Shown here in pieces: positions 27,536-37,987 of a DNA stretch of 64,000 nt. Below the pieces are notes generated by a model, which ran no database searches, was not told the DNA's origin, and saw nothing but the letters and a program-made list of their open reading frames with translations. The stretch's first letter is position 1, and the number at the start of each line of letters is the position of its first letter. The DNA is from Patescibacteria group bacterium (GTDB lineage: Bacteria; Patescibacteriota; Patescibacteriia; UBA10025; JAHIVO01), in the NCBI GenBank assembly GCA_028718605.1, contig JAQULM010000001.1, forward strand, positions 94,693 to 158,692. Reading direction: 5' to 3'. The position numbers were made by a program, and so were the translations under genes.

Positions 27536-28474
27536 TTATTCCAATCGTTCACGAAAATTGACGTAGTACCGCCTACACACATCTTTCCAGGTGAATGAAT
27601 GTGTCTGCGTACCGTATTTCTCAACCGTGTATACGCTTACAACGGACGCCAAGCGGCCAATAACCGGCAGTGGATATCCCCGGAGGAATCCTGCGATCAA
27701 ACCGGCACGGTACGCATCACCGGCGCCGGTCGGATCAGACGTGTTCTTGGGACGTGCGGCCTGAATACGGCATGCGCGTGTTGCTGTTGTAATCACCGAG
27801 CCCTTCTTGCCGTACGTCGTTATAACCACTTCAGTCGCCTTCAGGAGCTGCTGCATATTCCAATGCGTCTTTTTTTGGATTAATGACAGCTCGTAATCAT
27901 TTGAAACAAGCGCACGGGATCCTTGTATTCCCTGAATAATATCGGCTGCGCGCAATGACGTCAGTTGCTGGCCGGGATCGTAGATATACGGAACCGAGGC
28001 TTTCTTTAATTCACGCGGTAGTACGCGCATATCCCTGTTATTACCCGGCGAGACAATAGCCATCGACATGCCGTGAAGTGCTGCCCGGCTGATTTTCCTG
28101 CACTGCCGAACCATTGCCCCCGGGAAAAAACCCGTGATCTGGTTATCGTCCTGGTCGGTAATCACATATGCCGACGTCGTTGGGATATCCAAACAGCCCG
28201 TGCTGCAGTCCAGTCTCATCCCGTTTTTCCGGCACCAACGTTTGTATTCGCCAAAATCGCTTCCGTATGCCGAAGCAATAAACGGCGTTACACCGAGAAG
28301 CGCGAGATTATATGCGATATTGCCGGCAGTCCCCCCAAAACCCTGGCGGAACGTGCGTACGGTGAAACTGACGCTCAAGGAATGAATTTTATCGGGGAGT
28401 ATATGGTCCCGAAAACGACCGGGGAAATCCATGATCCGGTCATATGCCAGCGATCCAGAAACCAAAACCCTCAT
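27536..28474 (-). CDS. PfkB family kinase (adenosine kinase-like)
   Basis: VSGSLAYD, GGTAGN, YDPGQQ, DPTGAGDAY. Confidence 0.92.
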   Translation of the reverse strand: MRVLVSGSLAYDRIMDFPGRFRDHILPDKIHSLSVSFTVRTFRQGFGGTAGNIAYNLALLGVTPFIASAYGSDFGEYKRWCRKNGMRLDCSTGCLDIPTTSAYVITDQDDNQITGFFPGAMVRQCRKISRAALHGMSMAIVSPGNNRDMRVLPRELKKASVPYIYDPGQQLTSLRAADIIQGIQGSRALVSNDYELSLIQKKTHWNMQQLLKATEVVITTYGKKGSVITTATRACRIQAARPKNTSDPTGAGDAYRAGLIAGFLRGYPLPVIGRLASVVSVYTVEKYGTQTHSFTWKDVCRRYYVNFRERLE

Positions 28475-28486
28475 AGTTTTTCGAAA

Positions 28487-29341
28487 TTACCGGTAGGAAT
28501 CGAATGCCGGCTCAAGGTCTGCTACTTTGATTGGCTGCCTGACAAGCGGTTCTACCTTTATCTGTGGTATTTGCTCATCGTATGTCGGGCGTTTCGTCTG
28601 GTAGAGAATGCCGAGCGGCAGTTTACCGTCTGTACGCGTGGCAGCAAGGAGTGCTCCATTAAAATCCGCGGGATTGTAAGTGGCATCAAGCTTATAGGTA
28701 TGCTGCTTGTACCAATCAAATGTGTTGACCTTATTATACGTTGTACACACCTGTAAAATATTCACGAGCGAAAAACCCCGATGTTGTATTGCCTTTTTAA
28801 TGAGATCGGCTAGATGCGGGATATCCCCGGAAAAGCCCTGTGCGACAAACGTTGCGCCCGATACGAGCGCTGTCGCTACCGGATTAAATGGTTCATTGAT
28901 CGAGCCAGCGGGGGTGGTAACCGTCTTGGTGCCCTTCAATGACGTGGGCGATGTCTGTCCTTGCGTCAGGCTGTACATGCGGTTGTCATGCACGAGGTAC
29001 GTGATATCAGCATTGCCCCGGCACGCGTGCACAAAATGGTTCGTTCCCTCGCTGTACCCGTCACCATCGCCGGAATCAGCTAAAACCGTCAGCTCATGAT
29101 TCGCAAGCTTAACACCGATCGCAACAGGGAGCGACCTGCCGTGGATGCTATGGAACGAATACAGCTTGTAGCAGTTTGCGCCGTTGGACGAGCAACCAAT
29201 GCCGAATACCATGACTGCCTCATGCGGCTTGATACCGAGCTCAGCAAGCGCGCGCTTGGTTGCGGGATAAATTCCATAGTTGCCACAGCCCGGGCACCAT
29301 GTCGGTTTGTATGTACTGGTAAAATCTTTTTCAGTTGCCAT
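28487..29341 (-). CDS. 2-oxoacid:ferredoxin oxidoreductase beta subunit
   Basis: WCPGCG, GIGCS, HGR, GDGD..N TPP motif. Confidence 0.95.
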   Translation of the reverse strand: MATEKDFTSTYKPTWCPGCGNYGIYPATKRALAELGIKPHEAVMVFGIGCSSNGANCYKLYSFHSIHGRSLPVAIGVKLANHELTVLADSGDGDGYSEGTNHFVHACRGNADITYLVHDNRMYSLTQGQTSPTSLKGTKTVTTPAGSINEPFNPVATALVSGATFVAQGFSGDIPHLADLIKKAIQHRGFSLVNILQVCTTYNKVNTFDWYKQHTYKLDATYNPADFNGALLAATRTDGKLPLGILYQTKRPTYDEQIPQIKVEPLVRQPIKVADLEPAFDSYR

Positions 29342-29355
29342 AGGTTCCAATTTGC

Positions 29356-31098
29356 TTACAGTAAATTTTTGATTGTCGATGTGATTTCATCTGAAAAAAA
29401 CGGCCTGCCGTCGTATTTCAGAATTTTATAATCCGGCGCAAGCCCGGTCTGTTCGCGAATCCACGCGGCAAGCTGGCCCGTCTTGTTATTTTCAACAACC
29501 GCAATCTTTTTCGCCTTTTTAAACACTGATTTCACGTACTCGACAGGAAACGGGCTGATGTATTTGATTTGAAGGTAATTTGCCCGAATCCGGTGCGATT
29601 TCAACTGTTCGATCGCTTCGAGAATTGCACCTCGCGTCGAACCCCAACCGATGATCGTTATGTCGGCATTACTGTCACCCTCGAGAACGGGTAGCGGAAC
29701 ATCCGCAGCCGCCGCGTCAAACTTACGGAACCGCTTATCGACCATCTTTGCGCGCTCCTCAGCCGTTTCGTCAGAAAAACTTTCTTCATCATGCTCATCA
29801 CTATTCGCAATATGTTCACCGCCCGGCGTACCCGGCAGGGTTCGAGGAGAAACGCCATCTTTCGTATGCAAATACCGTTTGTACGCGGTTCCAACCGGCA
29901 AATCTTTTTCCGCCGCAACACGTCCACGGTCAATTGGCAGGTCTTTAAAACCTGACTGCTCAATCCACGAATGGCTCGAAGCAAGATATTTGTCAGTAAT
30001 GACCATGACGGGAGTCTGATACTTTTCTGCTAAGTTAAATGCCTCCTGGGTCATGAAATAACATTGCTCAAGGTCTCCTGGCGCCATCACAATGCGCGGA
30101 AACTCCCCGTGCGATGCAGCGAGAAGCATTGCGAGGTCATCCTGGCCGCTCCAGGTTGGCATGCCTGTCGAGGGCCCGGTACGCATCGCTTCAACAACGA
30201 CGAGCGGTACTTCAATTTGGCCGGCCATGCCCCACGCTTCCGTCATGAGGTCGAAACCGCCGCCTGACGTCACCGTCATCGAACGGACACCAGCGTATCC
30301 TGCACCGATTGCAGCGCAAATCGCCGCAATTTCATCCTCGACCTGAACCACGACGAGATTATGTTTTTGGGCTTGGCCAGCGAGTGTATTCATGATTGAA
30401 GTTGCCGGCGTCATCGGATAGCCAGACAAGAACTTACAGCCGGCCTTGATCGCTCCAAGCGCGATAGCGTTATTCCCTGCCATGATCATACGCTCCGGAT
30501 TCGAAAGGGGTTTCGCGGTGTAGTTGAATGGTTTGCTTAAATTTTTATTAATAAAATCAAATCCCGCGCGTGCTGCGGCTTTATTGGTATCGATAATAGC
30601 TTGTGGCTTTTTTTTGAGGGTAAAATTTAGCTCAATAATGGCAAATAACCCCTCGATAGGCAGCTTCAGAAGTGCGTACGTAGCGCCGAGCGCCACAACG
30701 TTCCGCGCCACGCGCTCCGCGCCGCTTGCCAGGGCTAAATCTTCAAACGGCACGCCAATCACCGTTACGCCGTCGCCATAGTATCCTCCTGGCACCGAAG
30801 CGTTATTCGTGTTGTAGAGAACGGCAGCATCGGGGGCGAGTTCGTGGGTGTGGAGATTCACCGTGTCTTGATTCAGCGCTATAAGCACCTGAATCGGGCG
30901 CCGGGGAGCGAACACTTTTCGGTCTGAAACGCTCACCTCAAACGTATTATGGCCTCCGCGAATCAATGATGGGTATTCCGCGTAGTCAAAAACATATAAA
31001 CCTGCCCGAAGCATCGCGCGGGCAAACATTGCACCGGCTGACAGGATGCCATAACCAGCTTCCCCGCCAATTTTCCAGCTAAAATTATTCTGAATCAT
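29356..31098 (-). CDS. 2-oxoacid:ferredoxin oxidoreductase alpha(gamma) subunit
   Basis: GGEAGYG, YPSLIRGG, GYPMTPAT, EDEIAA, RTGPSTGMPT. Confidence 0.95.
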   Translation of the reverse strand: MIQNNFSWKIGGEAGYGILSAGAMFARAMLRAGLYVFDYAEYPSLIRGGHNTFEVSVSDRKVFAPRRPIQVLIALNQDTVNLHTHELAPDAAVLYNTNNASVPGGYYGDGVTVIGVPFEDLALASGAERVARNVVALGATYALLKLPIEGLFAIIELNFTLKKKPQAIIDTNKAAARAGFDFINKNLSKPFNYTAKPLSNPERMIMAGNNAIALGAIKAGCKFLSGYPMTPATSIMNTLAGQAQKHNLVVVQVEDEIAAICAAIGAGYAGVRSMTVTSGGGFDLMTEAWGMAGQIEVPLVVVEAMRTGPSTGMPTWSGQDDLAMLLAASHGEFPRIVMAPGDLEQCYFMTQEAFNLAEKYQTPVMVITDKYLASSHSWIEQSGFKDLPIDRGRVAAEKDLPVGTAYKRYLHTKDGVSPRTLPGTPGGEHIANSDEHDEESFSDETAEERAKMVDKRFRKFDAAAADVPLPVLEGDSNADITIIGWGSTRGAILEAIEQLKSHRIRANYLQIKYISPFPVEYVKSVFKKAKKIAVVENNKTGQLAAWIREQTGLAPDYKILKYDGRPFFSDEITSTIKNLL

Positions 31099-31149
31099 AG
31101 AAATTTCCTTTAGTAACACACGCCTGTACTGTATACTATAGCAGATGTG

Positions 31150-31470
31150 TCATGAATTGATAACACCCCTCGGCGCATTCAAATGCGCAAGCATCCGATC
31201 GCGCTCCTGTACAACGAGCTCACTGTCATATTCGCCCGCATGTGCTGGGCTACCTTCATATGACGGCTGTTTTTCATCAAGGTGCAAATTGAATTCAGTG
31301 CGCTCAGGAGAGAGGTATACATACAGGTGAAAACGCGGAAATGGCAGCCCTCGCAAGCGCCTGATGAATACAAACGACCGGGGGTCACGCGTCGACTGTT
31401 GGTGGTACCCGAGCCGGTTCATGAATACTTTTAAATTCATCGGGAACTGCCCTGAATGTGAAAACTTCAC
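31150..31470 (-). CDS. hypothetical protein
   Basis: 106 aa; FPRFHLY, HLDEK, HAGEYD; in operon orientation. Confidence 0.65.
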   Translation of the reverse strand: MKFSHSGQFPMNLKVFMNRLGYHQQSTRDPRSFVFIRRLRGLPFPRFHLYVYLSPERTEFNLHLDEKQPSYEGSPAHAGEYDSELVVQERDRMLAHLNAPRGVINS

Positions 31471-31513
31471 CGTTGATCAGTTAACAAATTATACAGCCGA
31501 AAACTGCTGATCG

Positions 31514-33562
31514 TTACCGAACCTGAAACAGGCGGATGTCGGCGACAGCACACGAGGACGGTGCCATAATCACAGGATTTAAGTCAAGCTCGACAATTCG
31601 CGGTTTTGCCATCATAAGAGCAGAAATTCCGACAAGGATATCGGCGAGTTTCTCGATTGGAAAATTACTGCCTCGTTTGCTAGAAAAAATTCGCCCGAGA
31701 ACACTTTCATTAATAAGCGCGTAGGCCTGCTTCTTATTGATCGGGAGAGGTGTAATAACAGCACTTCGAAGAACCTCCACGAAAATACCGCCAAGACCGA
31801 CAATAACATATGGTCCGATGATTGGATCGCGTTTTGCGCCAACGACAACTTCGAGCGGTCCGGGCGCATAGGGCTGGATAAAGAATCCTTCTTCTGCGCC
31901 GAAACGGAACGGGAACCTTGTGCGCCATTCAGCTAAGAGTGTTTCGAGGGCTGACGGAGTTGGGATATTCAGGCGAACAGCCCCTGAATCAATTTTATGC
32001 ACCATCCGACGATGCACGATTTTTATGACGATAGGGTACCCGATTTTTTTTGCTGCCCACATCGCACGCTCGGGAGTGCGCGCCAGGGCTGAAGGCATTA
32101 TAGTCGAAATAAACGGCCGCACAATCCGCTCGGCCGCTTTACCAAGCACCGGAACCGCCCGTCCACGCGGCGTTTGGGTCTGATCGGGAAACGTGCGCAC
32201 TTCATTGCGATCAATTTTATAGAGCGCCAGCGCCGCGAGTGCCTGCGCGGCGCGTTCGGGATACGGAAAATGCAAAAGTCCGGCTTTTGAAAAAATTGCC
32301 CGGCCTCTTTCGACCCCTTGCCCGCCCACAAACGAGGATACGATCGGTATACGCGGATGTGCCCGCTGGATGCGGACTATAGCATGTGCAATTTTTTCCG
32401 TATCCGTAACATACTGGTGCGTGAGCACCGCGATAATGCCTGCGACTGACGGATCCTGGACAACTACCTCAAGCGCTTTCTGGTAGCGCGACGCTGCTGC
32501 ATCACCAAGAACGTCAACAGGATTGCCAACTGCAGCAGCGGGCGGGAGCGCCTTGTGCAAAGCCGCAACGGTTTTTTCAGAAAAAATCGCTAACGAGATA
32601 TTCGGGCTCACCGCAACGGCATCAGTCGCGAGGATGCCAGGACCGCCGGCGTTTGTAACGATTGCGACACCACTGCCAGCGCTCTGGAAGCGCTTCTCAA
32701 ACAATTCCGCGTACGCGAATAATTCTTCCAGCGTCGGTACGATGATTGCACCTGCAGCGCGCAATGCGGCACACTGGACATCATGCGATCCCGCGAGCGC
32801 ACCGGTATGTGATGCAACAGCAGATTGCGCTTGCGTACTCACGCCAGGCATGAGTACGATGACCGGTTTCCGCTTACTCGCACTTCGGACAGTCCGGAGC
32901 AGTGACCGGCCCGTGGCAAGACTCTCAAGGTATAAAACAACAACGCCGGTATCCGGATCATTGCCAAAATACCGAATCAGCTCTTCTTCGTGAACATCCG
33001 CTTTATTACCAAGTGACACGAGGGCTGAAAAACCAATATTTGAGGAGAGCGCCCAATCGGTTATTGCGACTGCCATCGCGCCAGACTGGGATAAAACCGC
33101 GATTCTGCCATGTTTTGGCAAGCCTTCTGCGAATGATGCATTCATCCTCAGCTTGGGTATGATAAGCCCGAGGCAATTCGGTCCGAGTAAACGAATGCGA
33201 TTCTCACGGGCAATTTTCATGCACTGCCGCTCAAGGCGTTTGCCTTCCTCACCGCTTTCTCCAAATCCGGCGCTCACAATCAGTACTGCACGAATTTTCC
33301 GCGCGCCGCATTCGCGCAAAACACCGGAGACAATGGGTGCCGGAACAACGATCACCGCAAAGTCTGGACGCTCACGGAGGTGCTGGACCGAGATCTCGAC
33401 GCGTTTGCCATACAGCATGCCGCCTTTGGGGTTAATGGGGACTATCTTCCCCCGAAAACGGTATTCAACCAAATTTTTAATTATAATGTTTCCAAGTTTC
33501 GATGGGTCGTGAGATGCACCGATGATCGCGATTGAACGCGGATGGAAAAAATTCGATAGCAT
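31514..33562 (-). CDS. acetate/acyl-CoA ligase (ADP-forming), fused alpha-beta
   Basis: IIGAS, GPNCLG, SQSG, ASHTG phospho-His, NPVD, LDLNP. Confidence 0.93.
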   Translation of the reverse strand: MLSNFFHPRSIAIIGASHDPSKLGNIIIKNLVEYRFRGKIVPINPKGGMLYGKRVEISVQHLRERPDFAVIVVPAPIVSGVLRECGARKIRAVLIVSAGFGESGEEGKRLERQCMKIARENRIRLLGPNCLGLIIPKLRMNASFAEGLPKHGRIAVLSQSGAMAVAITDWALSSNIGFSALVSLGNKADVHEEELIRYFGNDPDTGVVVLYLESLATGRSLLRTVRSASKRKPVIVLMPGVSTQAQSAVASHTGALAGSHDVQCAALRAAGAIIVPTLEELFAYAELFEKRFQSAGSGVAIVTNAGGPGILATDAVAVSPNISLAIFSEKTVAALHKALPPAAAVGNPVDVLGDAAASRYQKALEVVVQDPSVAGIIAVLTHQYVTDTEKIAHAIVRIQRAHPRIPIVSSFVGGQGVERGRAIFSKAGLLHFPYPERAAQALAALALYKIDRNEVRTFPDQTQTPRGRAVPVLGKAAERIVRPFISTIMPSALARTPERAMWAAKKIGYPIVIKIVHRRMVHKIDSGAVRLNIPTPSALETLLAEWRTRFPFRFGAEEGFFIQPYAPGPLEVVVGAKRDPIIGPYVIVGLGGIFVEVLRSAVITPLPINKKQAYALINESVLGRIFSSKRGSNFPIEKLADILVGISALMMAKPRIVELDLNPVIMAPSSCAVADIRLFQVR

Positions 33563-33566
33563 AAGC

Positions 33567-35156
33567 TTATACTTCTAATAAATTATTTCCTGTCATGCCA
33601 GAAGAAGGCTTCAGCTGCATATACGTCAAAATAGTCACGGCGATATCTGATAGTATGCCCGTCGGCTGCAACATGCTTAAATCATGCTCGGTTATCATAT
33701 CACCGTATGGCCGTACATTCTCCCACTCACGGCCGACAGCGACGAACGGCACCGGATTCACGCTATGCTCCTTATCCATTGCTCCAGTCTGAAGATTTGT
33801 AAGCTCTTCCCCGTTGCCATGGTCGGCCGTGATAAACAGGAGACCGTCCAATTCCAGCACGGCATCGACAAGCTCACCGAGGCATTTATCAATCGCTTCA
33901 AGTGCCTTAACCGTTGCTTTAAATTTCCCGGTATGGCCAACCATATCGCAATTTGCATAATTGACGACGATAAAATCAAACGATGCTTTTTTAATTTCCT
34001 TGAGCAGCCGTTCGGTGACTTTCGGCGCGCTCATTTCGGGTTTCTGGTCATACGATGACACGGACGGTGATGGGACGATCATATTCTCTTGCCCCTCGTA
34101 CGGCTTTTCGTTGCCGCCATTGAAAAAATACGTTACATGGGCATACTTTTCAGTTTCCGCGATGTGGAGCTGGCGCAAGCCAGCCTGTGCGATGACCCAC
34201 CCGAGCGGATCGGCGATTTCAACCGGAGGGAATGCGACAATAGTCGGGAGATCCTTGTCATACTGGGTCATGCTGACGAAAAGAAGGTCCTTCAAGTACT
34301 GCGGGCGCTTAAATTTATCAAAACTTGGGAGAACAAATGCGGTGGTTATTTGGCGTGCCCTGTCCGGCCGAAAGTTGAAAAAAATCAGGGAATCCTTCGG
34401 GCCGACTATTGCCGTGGGTTTGTCCTCCGATCCGATTACTGTCGGGATAACCTCCTCGTCATACACTTCCTTGGCGTACGATTCCTGAATTGCCGTCATC
34501 GGATCTTTCGCATATTTTTCAGCAACTCCTTCGGCGATTGCACGGTACGCCTTCTCTTCCCGATCCCAGCGGTTATCACGGTCCATCGCGTAGTACCGTC
34601 CGGATAGTGTCGCAACCTTTCCAATTTTTAATTCTTTAATTTTTGCTTCAACTTTTTTCATCAGTTCAATGCCGCTGTCACGTGGCGAGTCACGGCCATC
34701 AAGCATGATATGAAGGTAGACATCTTTCAGTTTCTGCTTCTTGCAAAATTCCATGAGTGCAAAAAGATGGTCTGTCGATGAATGAACGCTGCCGACTCCT
34801 ATCAAACCCATGAGGTGCATCGCTGATTTATTCTGCTTCGCATGCTCAGCTGCCTGAATGAACGCGTCATTTTTGAAAAAACTCCCATCAGCAATGCTTC
34901 TCGAAATTCTCGGAAGATTCTGGTAGATGATGCGGCCGGCGCCGAGATTGAGATGGCCGACTTCGGAATTTCCCATTTCTCCCCATGGAAGTCCGACGGC
35001 TTCACTCGAAGCTTGGAGTGCCATTGTCGGATAGGTGTCTACCAGCTTATCCCATACCGGCATTTTCGCTGAGAACGTCGGATTCCCTTGCGACGGCGGC
35101 GCGATGCCAAATCCATCGAGAATGCACAGTACTACTGGTTTATGCGGAAGTTGCAT
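33567..35156 (-). CDS. gpmI: 2,3-bisphosphoglycerate-independent phosphoglycerate mutase
   Basis: LDG, MGNSEVGH, DGRD, AETEKYAHVT, DMVGHTG, ADHGN. Confidence 0.96.
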   Translation of the reverse strand: MQLPHKPVVLCILDGFGIAPPSQGNPTFSAKMPVWDKLVDTYPTMALQASSEAVGLPWGEMGNSEVGHLNLGAGRIIYQNLPRISRSIADGSFFKNDAFIQAAEHAKQNKSAMHLMGLIGVGSVHSSTDHLFALMEFCKKQKLKDVYLHIMLDGRDSPRDSGIELMKKVEAKIKELKIGKVATLSGRYYAMDRDNRWDREEKAYRAIAEGVAEKYAKDPMTAIQESYAKEVYDEEVIPTVIGSEDKPTAIVGPKDSLIFFNFRPDRARQITTAFVLPSFDKFKRPQYLKDLLFVSMTQYDKDLPTIVAFPPVEIADPLGWVIAQAGLRQLHIAETEKYAHVTYFFNGGNEKPYEGQENMIVPSPSVSSYDQKPEMSAPKVTERLLKEIKKASFDFIVVNYANCDMVGHTGKFKATVKALEAIDKCLGELVDAVLELDGLLFITADHGNGEELTNLQTGAMDKEHSVNPVPFVAVGREWENVRPYGDMITEHDLSMLQPTGILSDIAVTILTYMQLKPSSGMTGNNLLEV

Positions 35157-36709
35157 AGTATTTTGGTTTCTTTCATTTGGTTAGGCAGCGGGCAGCCCAT
35201 CATATGGACAATCGTCGGTGCGATATTCGCGAGAACACCGCGCTCGATCGGAATATCCCGCGGAATAGTTTTATTAACAATAATAAATGGCACGGGATTA
35301 CTCGAATGTGACGTATCCACTTGCCCGGTTTCAAGGTCAACAAGTTCTTCAACATTGCCATGGTCAGCGGTAATAACCAGCGTTCCCTCATGCTCGCGTA
35401 TAGCTCCATACAATCTGCCAATACACAGATCAACCGTTTGTACCGCGGTAATACACGCCGGCAGGTCACCCGTATGGCCAACCATGTCGGGATTCGCGTA
35501 ATTCACGCAGATGAAATCATACCGTTCATCATGGATCGATCGCACGATATAATCCGTCAATTGGGCAGCGCTCATTTCGGGCTTGTCTTTGTATGACTGG
35601 ATGTGGGGTGATTTGATGATAACCCGGTCTTCGTTCGCGACCGTGCTATCATGCCCGCCGTTCAGGAAGTACGTGACATGGGCGTATTTCTCTGTTTCAG
35701 CGGTGTATAACTGGCGCAATCCTTGGAGAGCGAATGGCAAGGTGCCAGGCAATACGCGCGCTGGGTATGCGGAAATGACACCGGGCAAATCAGGCCCGAA
35801 ATCCGTCAAGGAAACGAAGAATAAGTCATTGAGTACCTTTTTCCGGGGAAAGCCGATAAAATCTTTCTGGACAAACGCCTTGCATAGCTGGCGAACGCGA
35901 TCTGACCGGAGATTAAAAAAGATTACCGCATCATTATCCTCCAGGCGACGGCTGTTCCCATCACCATCAGTAATGACAGTCGGCTGGAGGTATTCATCGT
36001 TTTCATGCCTGTTATAACCGAGGAGTACCGCCTCAACGGCATCCTCCGCATGTACTCCGGTGCCTTCAACGAGCGTTTCGTATGCTTTCTGGGTCCGTTG
36101 CCATTCCTTAATCCTGTCCATCGCGTAGAAACGCCCGATAATGGTAGCGATTTTTTCTCCCGGTTCAAGCGTCCGCTTGATGCGGTCAATCAAGCGAATT
36201 GCGAGATATTGGTAGGAATCCCGGCCGTCGGTAAACAGATGTAAAGTCGTATTATGGATTTTTTTAATCCTCAGAAGCGTCAACAGCGCCAATAAGTGGT
36301 CTGGATCAGCATGCGCCGATTGCTCAGCAGTTATCATCCCCATGAGGTGAAGCCTCGAATTATGCTTTTGCACATGGCGTATTGCCGCAAGAAATGCGGG
36401 ATTCTTGAAAAACGTCCCCTCATTAATCGATTTAGAAATAATAACTGAATCTTGTTCCACGATCCGGCCAGCGCCGATATTCATATGCCCTGCTTCGGAA
36501 TTGCCATCCTGGGTCGGCGGCAAACCAGCATCCCTGCCGGACGCCCCGAGGAGAGTGTTCGGATAATTATCAGTCAGCATATCCATGATGGGCGTTGACG
36601 CAAGCGCGATTGCATTGCCGCGCGTTTCATTCCAAATCCCCCACCCATCAAGTATCGCAAGAATGAAGGGCTTCCGCTTCTTAGCTTCCGATGAAGAATT
36701 ATTTCCCAT
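35132..36709 (-). CDS. gpmI: second 2,3-BPG-independent phosphoglycerate mutase
   Basis: Same motifs (GNSEAGH, AETEKYAHVT, DMVGHTG, ADHGN). Confidence 0.95.
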   Translation of the reverse strand: MGNNSSSEAKKRKPFILAILDGWGIWNETRGNAIALASTPIMDMLTDNYPNTLLGASGRDAGLPPTQDGNSEAGHMNIGAGRIVEQDSVIISKSINEGTFFKNPAFLAAIRHVQKHNSRLHLMGMITAEQSAHADPDHLLALLTLLRIKKIHNTTLHLFTDGRDSYQYLAIRLIDRIKRTLEPGEKIATIIGRFYAMDRIKEWQRTQKAYETLVEGTGVHAEDAVEAVLLGYNRHENDEYLQPTVITDGDGNSRRLEDNDAVIFFNLRSDRVRQLCKAFVQKDFIGFPRKKVLNDLFFVSLTDFGPDLPGVISAYPARVLPGTLPFALQGLRQLYTAETEKYAHVTYFLNGGHDSTVANEDRVIIKSPHIQSYKDKPEMSAAQLTDYIVRSIHDERYDFICVNYANPDMVGHTGDLPACITAVQTVDLCIGRLYGAIREHEGTLVITADHGNVEELVDLETGQVDTSHSSNPVPFIIVNKTIPRDIPIERGVLANIAPTIVHMMGCPLPNQMKETKILCNFRINQ

Positions 36710-37970
36710 GAAGCTCCTCCTCGATTTCCATTAAACGGTTATACTTTGACGTACGCTCGCCCCGAACAGGCCCGACTTTAATGTATTCGGCATTTGCTGC
36801 AGCGGCAACATCAACCATAAAGCTGTCGTTTGTTTCTCCGCCGCCACGGTGCGACACGACCTGCCAGAAATCGTGCGCACGCCCGAGTTTAATCGTTTTC
36901 ATTGTTTCGGAAAGCGTCCCGATCTGATTGAGCTTGATAAGGACGGCATTGATCGCTTTCCGGTCGATTGCCATCTGAACCCGCTCCGGATTTGTCACCG
37001 TTAGGTCATCGCCGATAATCCGTATCTTCTTCCCGCATTCGGCGAATAATGAAATCCACCCGTCCCAATCGTCTTCCGCAAGGCCGTCTTCCAGCGTTAT
37101 GATCGGGTACTTCGAAATCCAGTCACGGAACAATCCAATCATCTGGTCAGTCGAGAGGCCAGCGCCTTCGCGCTTCAAAACATACCGTTTGTTCTCAGGT
37201 TCATAGAGCTCTGATGTCGCTGGGTCAAGTGAAATAGAAATATCCTTCCCGGGGGCATAGCCAGCTTTCTCAATCGCTTCAGTAAGAAACCGCAGCGGCT
37301 GTTCATTGGTCTCGATGCCAGACGGGGCAAATGCCCCCTCGTTGCCGACATTGGTATTGAATCCCTGTTTCTTGAGAATTGATTTTAACGCACCGTACGC
37401 TTCTTCCCCCCATCGGACTGCTTCGCGTGCAGTCGGCGCGCCCGAAACACTCAGAAGATACTCCTGGAAATCAGTTGAATTATCGGCATGCGCACCGCCT
37501 TCGATGACGACCATCATCGGCCGGGGAAGCTTCCAAGTTTTATACGGCAGCTTGTACGTTCGCCGAATGTACGCGTACAGCGGTTCATGCAACGCCAGGG
37601 CTGCTGCACGTGCGCACGCGAGGGAGACGGCTAATATGCTATTTCCGCCGTACTTTGACTTTTGAGGGGTACCGTCAAGCTCAATCATTGTCTGGTCAAT
37701 CGTTTCCTGTGAAGTTACAGCCATGCCCTTGAGCGCCGGACCCAGTGTGCCCGTAATCGCCTTGCACGCTTTTAACATTCCGCCGCCGTCATACCGCTTC
37801 TTATCACCATCCAGCATCGTCAATGCTTCATGCGTACCGGCAGAAACGCCGTATGGAACTGAGGCACTGCCTACAATGCCGTTATCAATGATTACATGCG
37901 CTTCGATGGTCGGTTTCCCGCCAGAGGCGAGCACTTCTCGTGCGGTAATCTGTTTAATTTTATTCTGCAT
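36699..37970 (-). CDS. eno: enolase
   Basis: DFQEY, VGNEG, LEDG, GDDL, IKLNQIG, SHR, ER.SKYNRL. Confidence 0.95.
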   Translation of the reverse strand: MQNKIKQITAREVLASGGKPTIEAHVIIDNGIVGSASVPYGVSAGTHEALTMLDGDKKRYDGGGMLKACKAITGTLGPALKGMAVTSQETIDQTMIELDGTPQKSKYGGNSILAVSLACARAAALALHEPLYAYIRRTYKLPYKTWKLPRPMMVVIEGGAHADNSTDFQEYLLSVSGAPTAREAVRWGEEAYGALKSILKKQGFNTNVGNEGAFAPSGIETNEQPLRFLTEAIEKAGYAPGKDISISLDPATSELYEPENKRYVLKREGAGLSTDQMIGLFRDWISKYPIITLEDGLAEDDWDGWISLFAECGKKIRIIGDDLTVTNPERVQMAIDRKAINAVLIKLNQIGTLSETMKTIKLGRAHDFWQVVSHRGGGETNDSFMVDVAAAANAEYIKVGPVRGERTSKYNRLMEIEEELHGK

Positions 37971-37987
37971 ACAATAGATTGTTTAGT

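Noticed and set aside
26984-27566. ORFs 26984-27250(-) and 27342-27566(+)
   Set aside because: Shadows of tRNA genes
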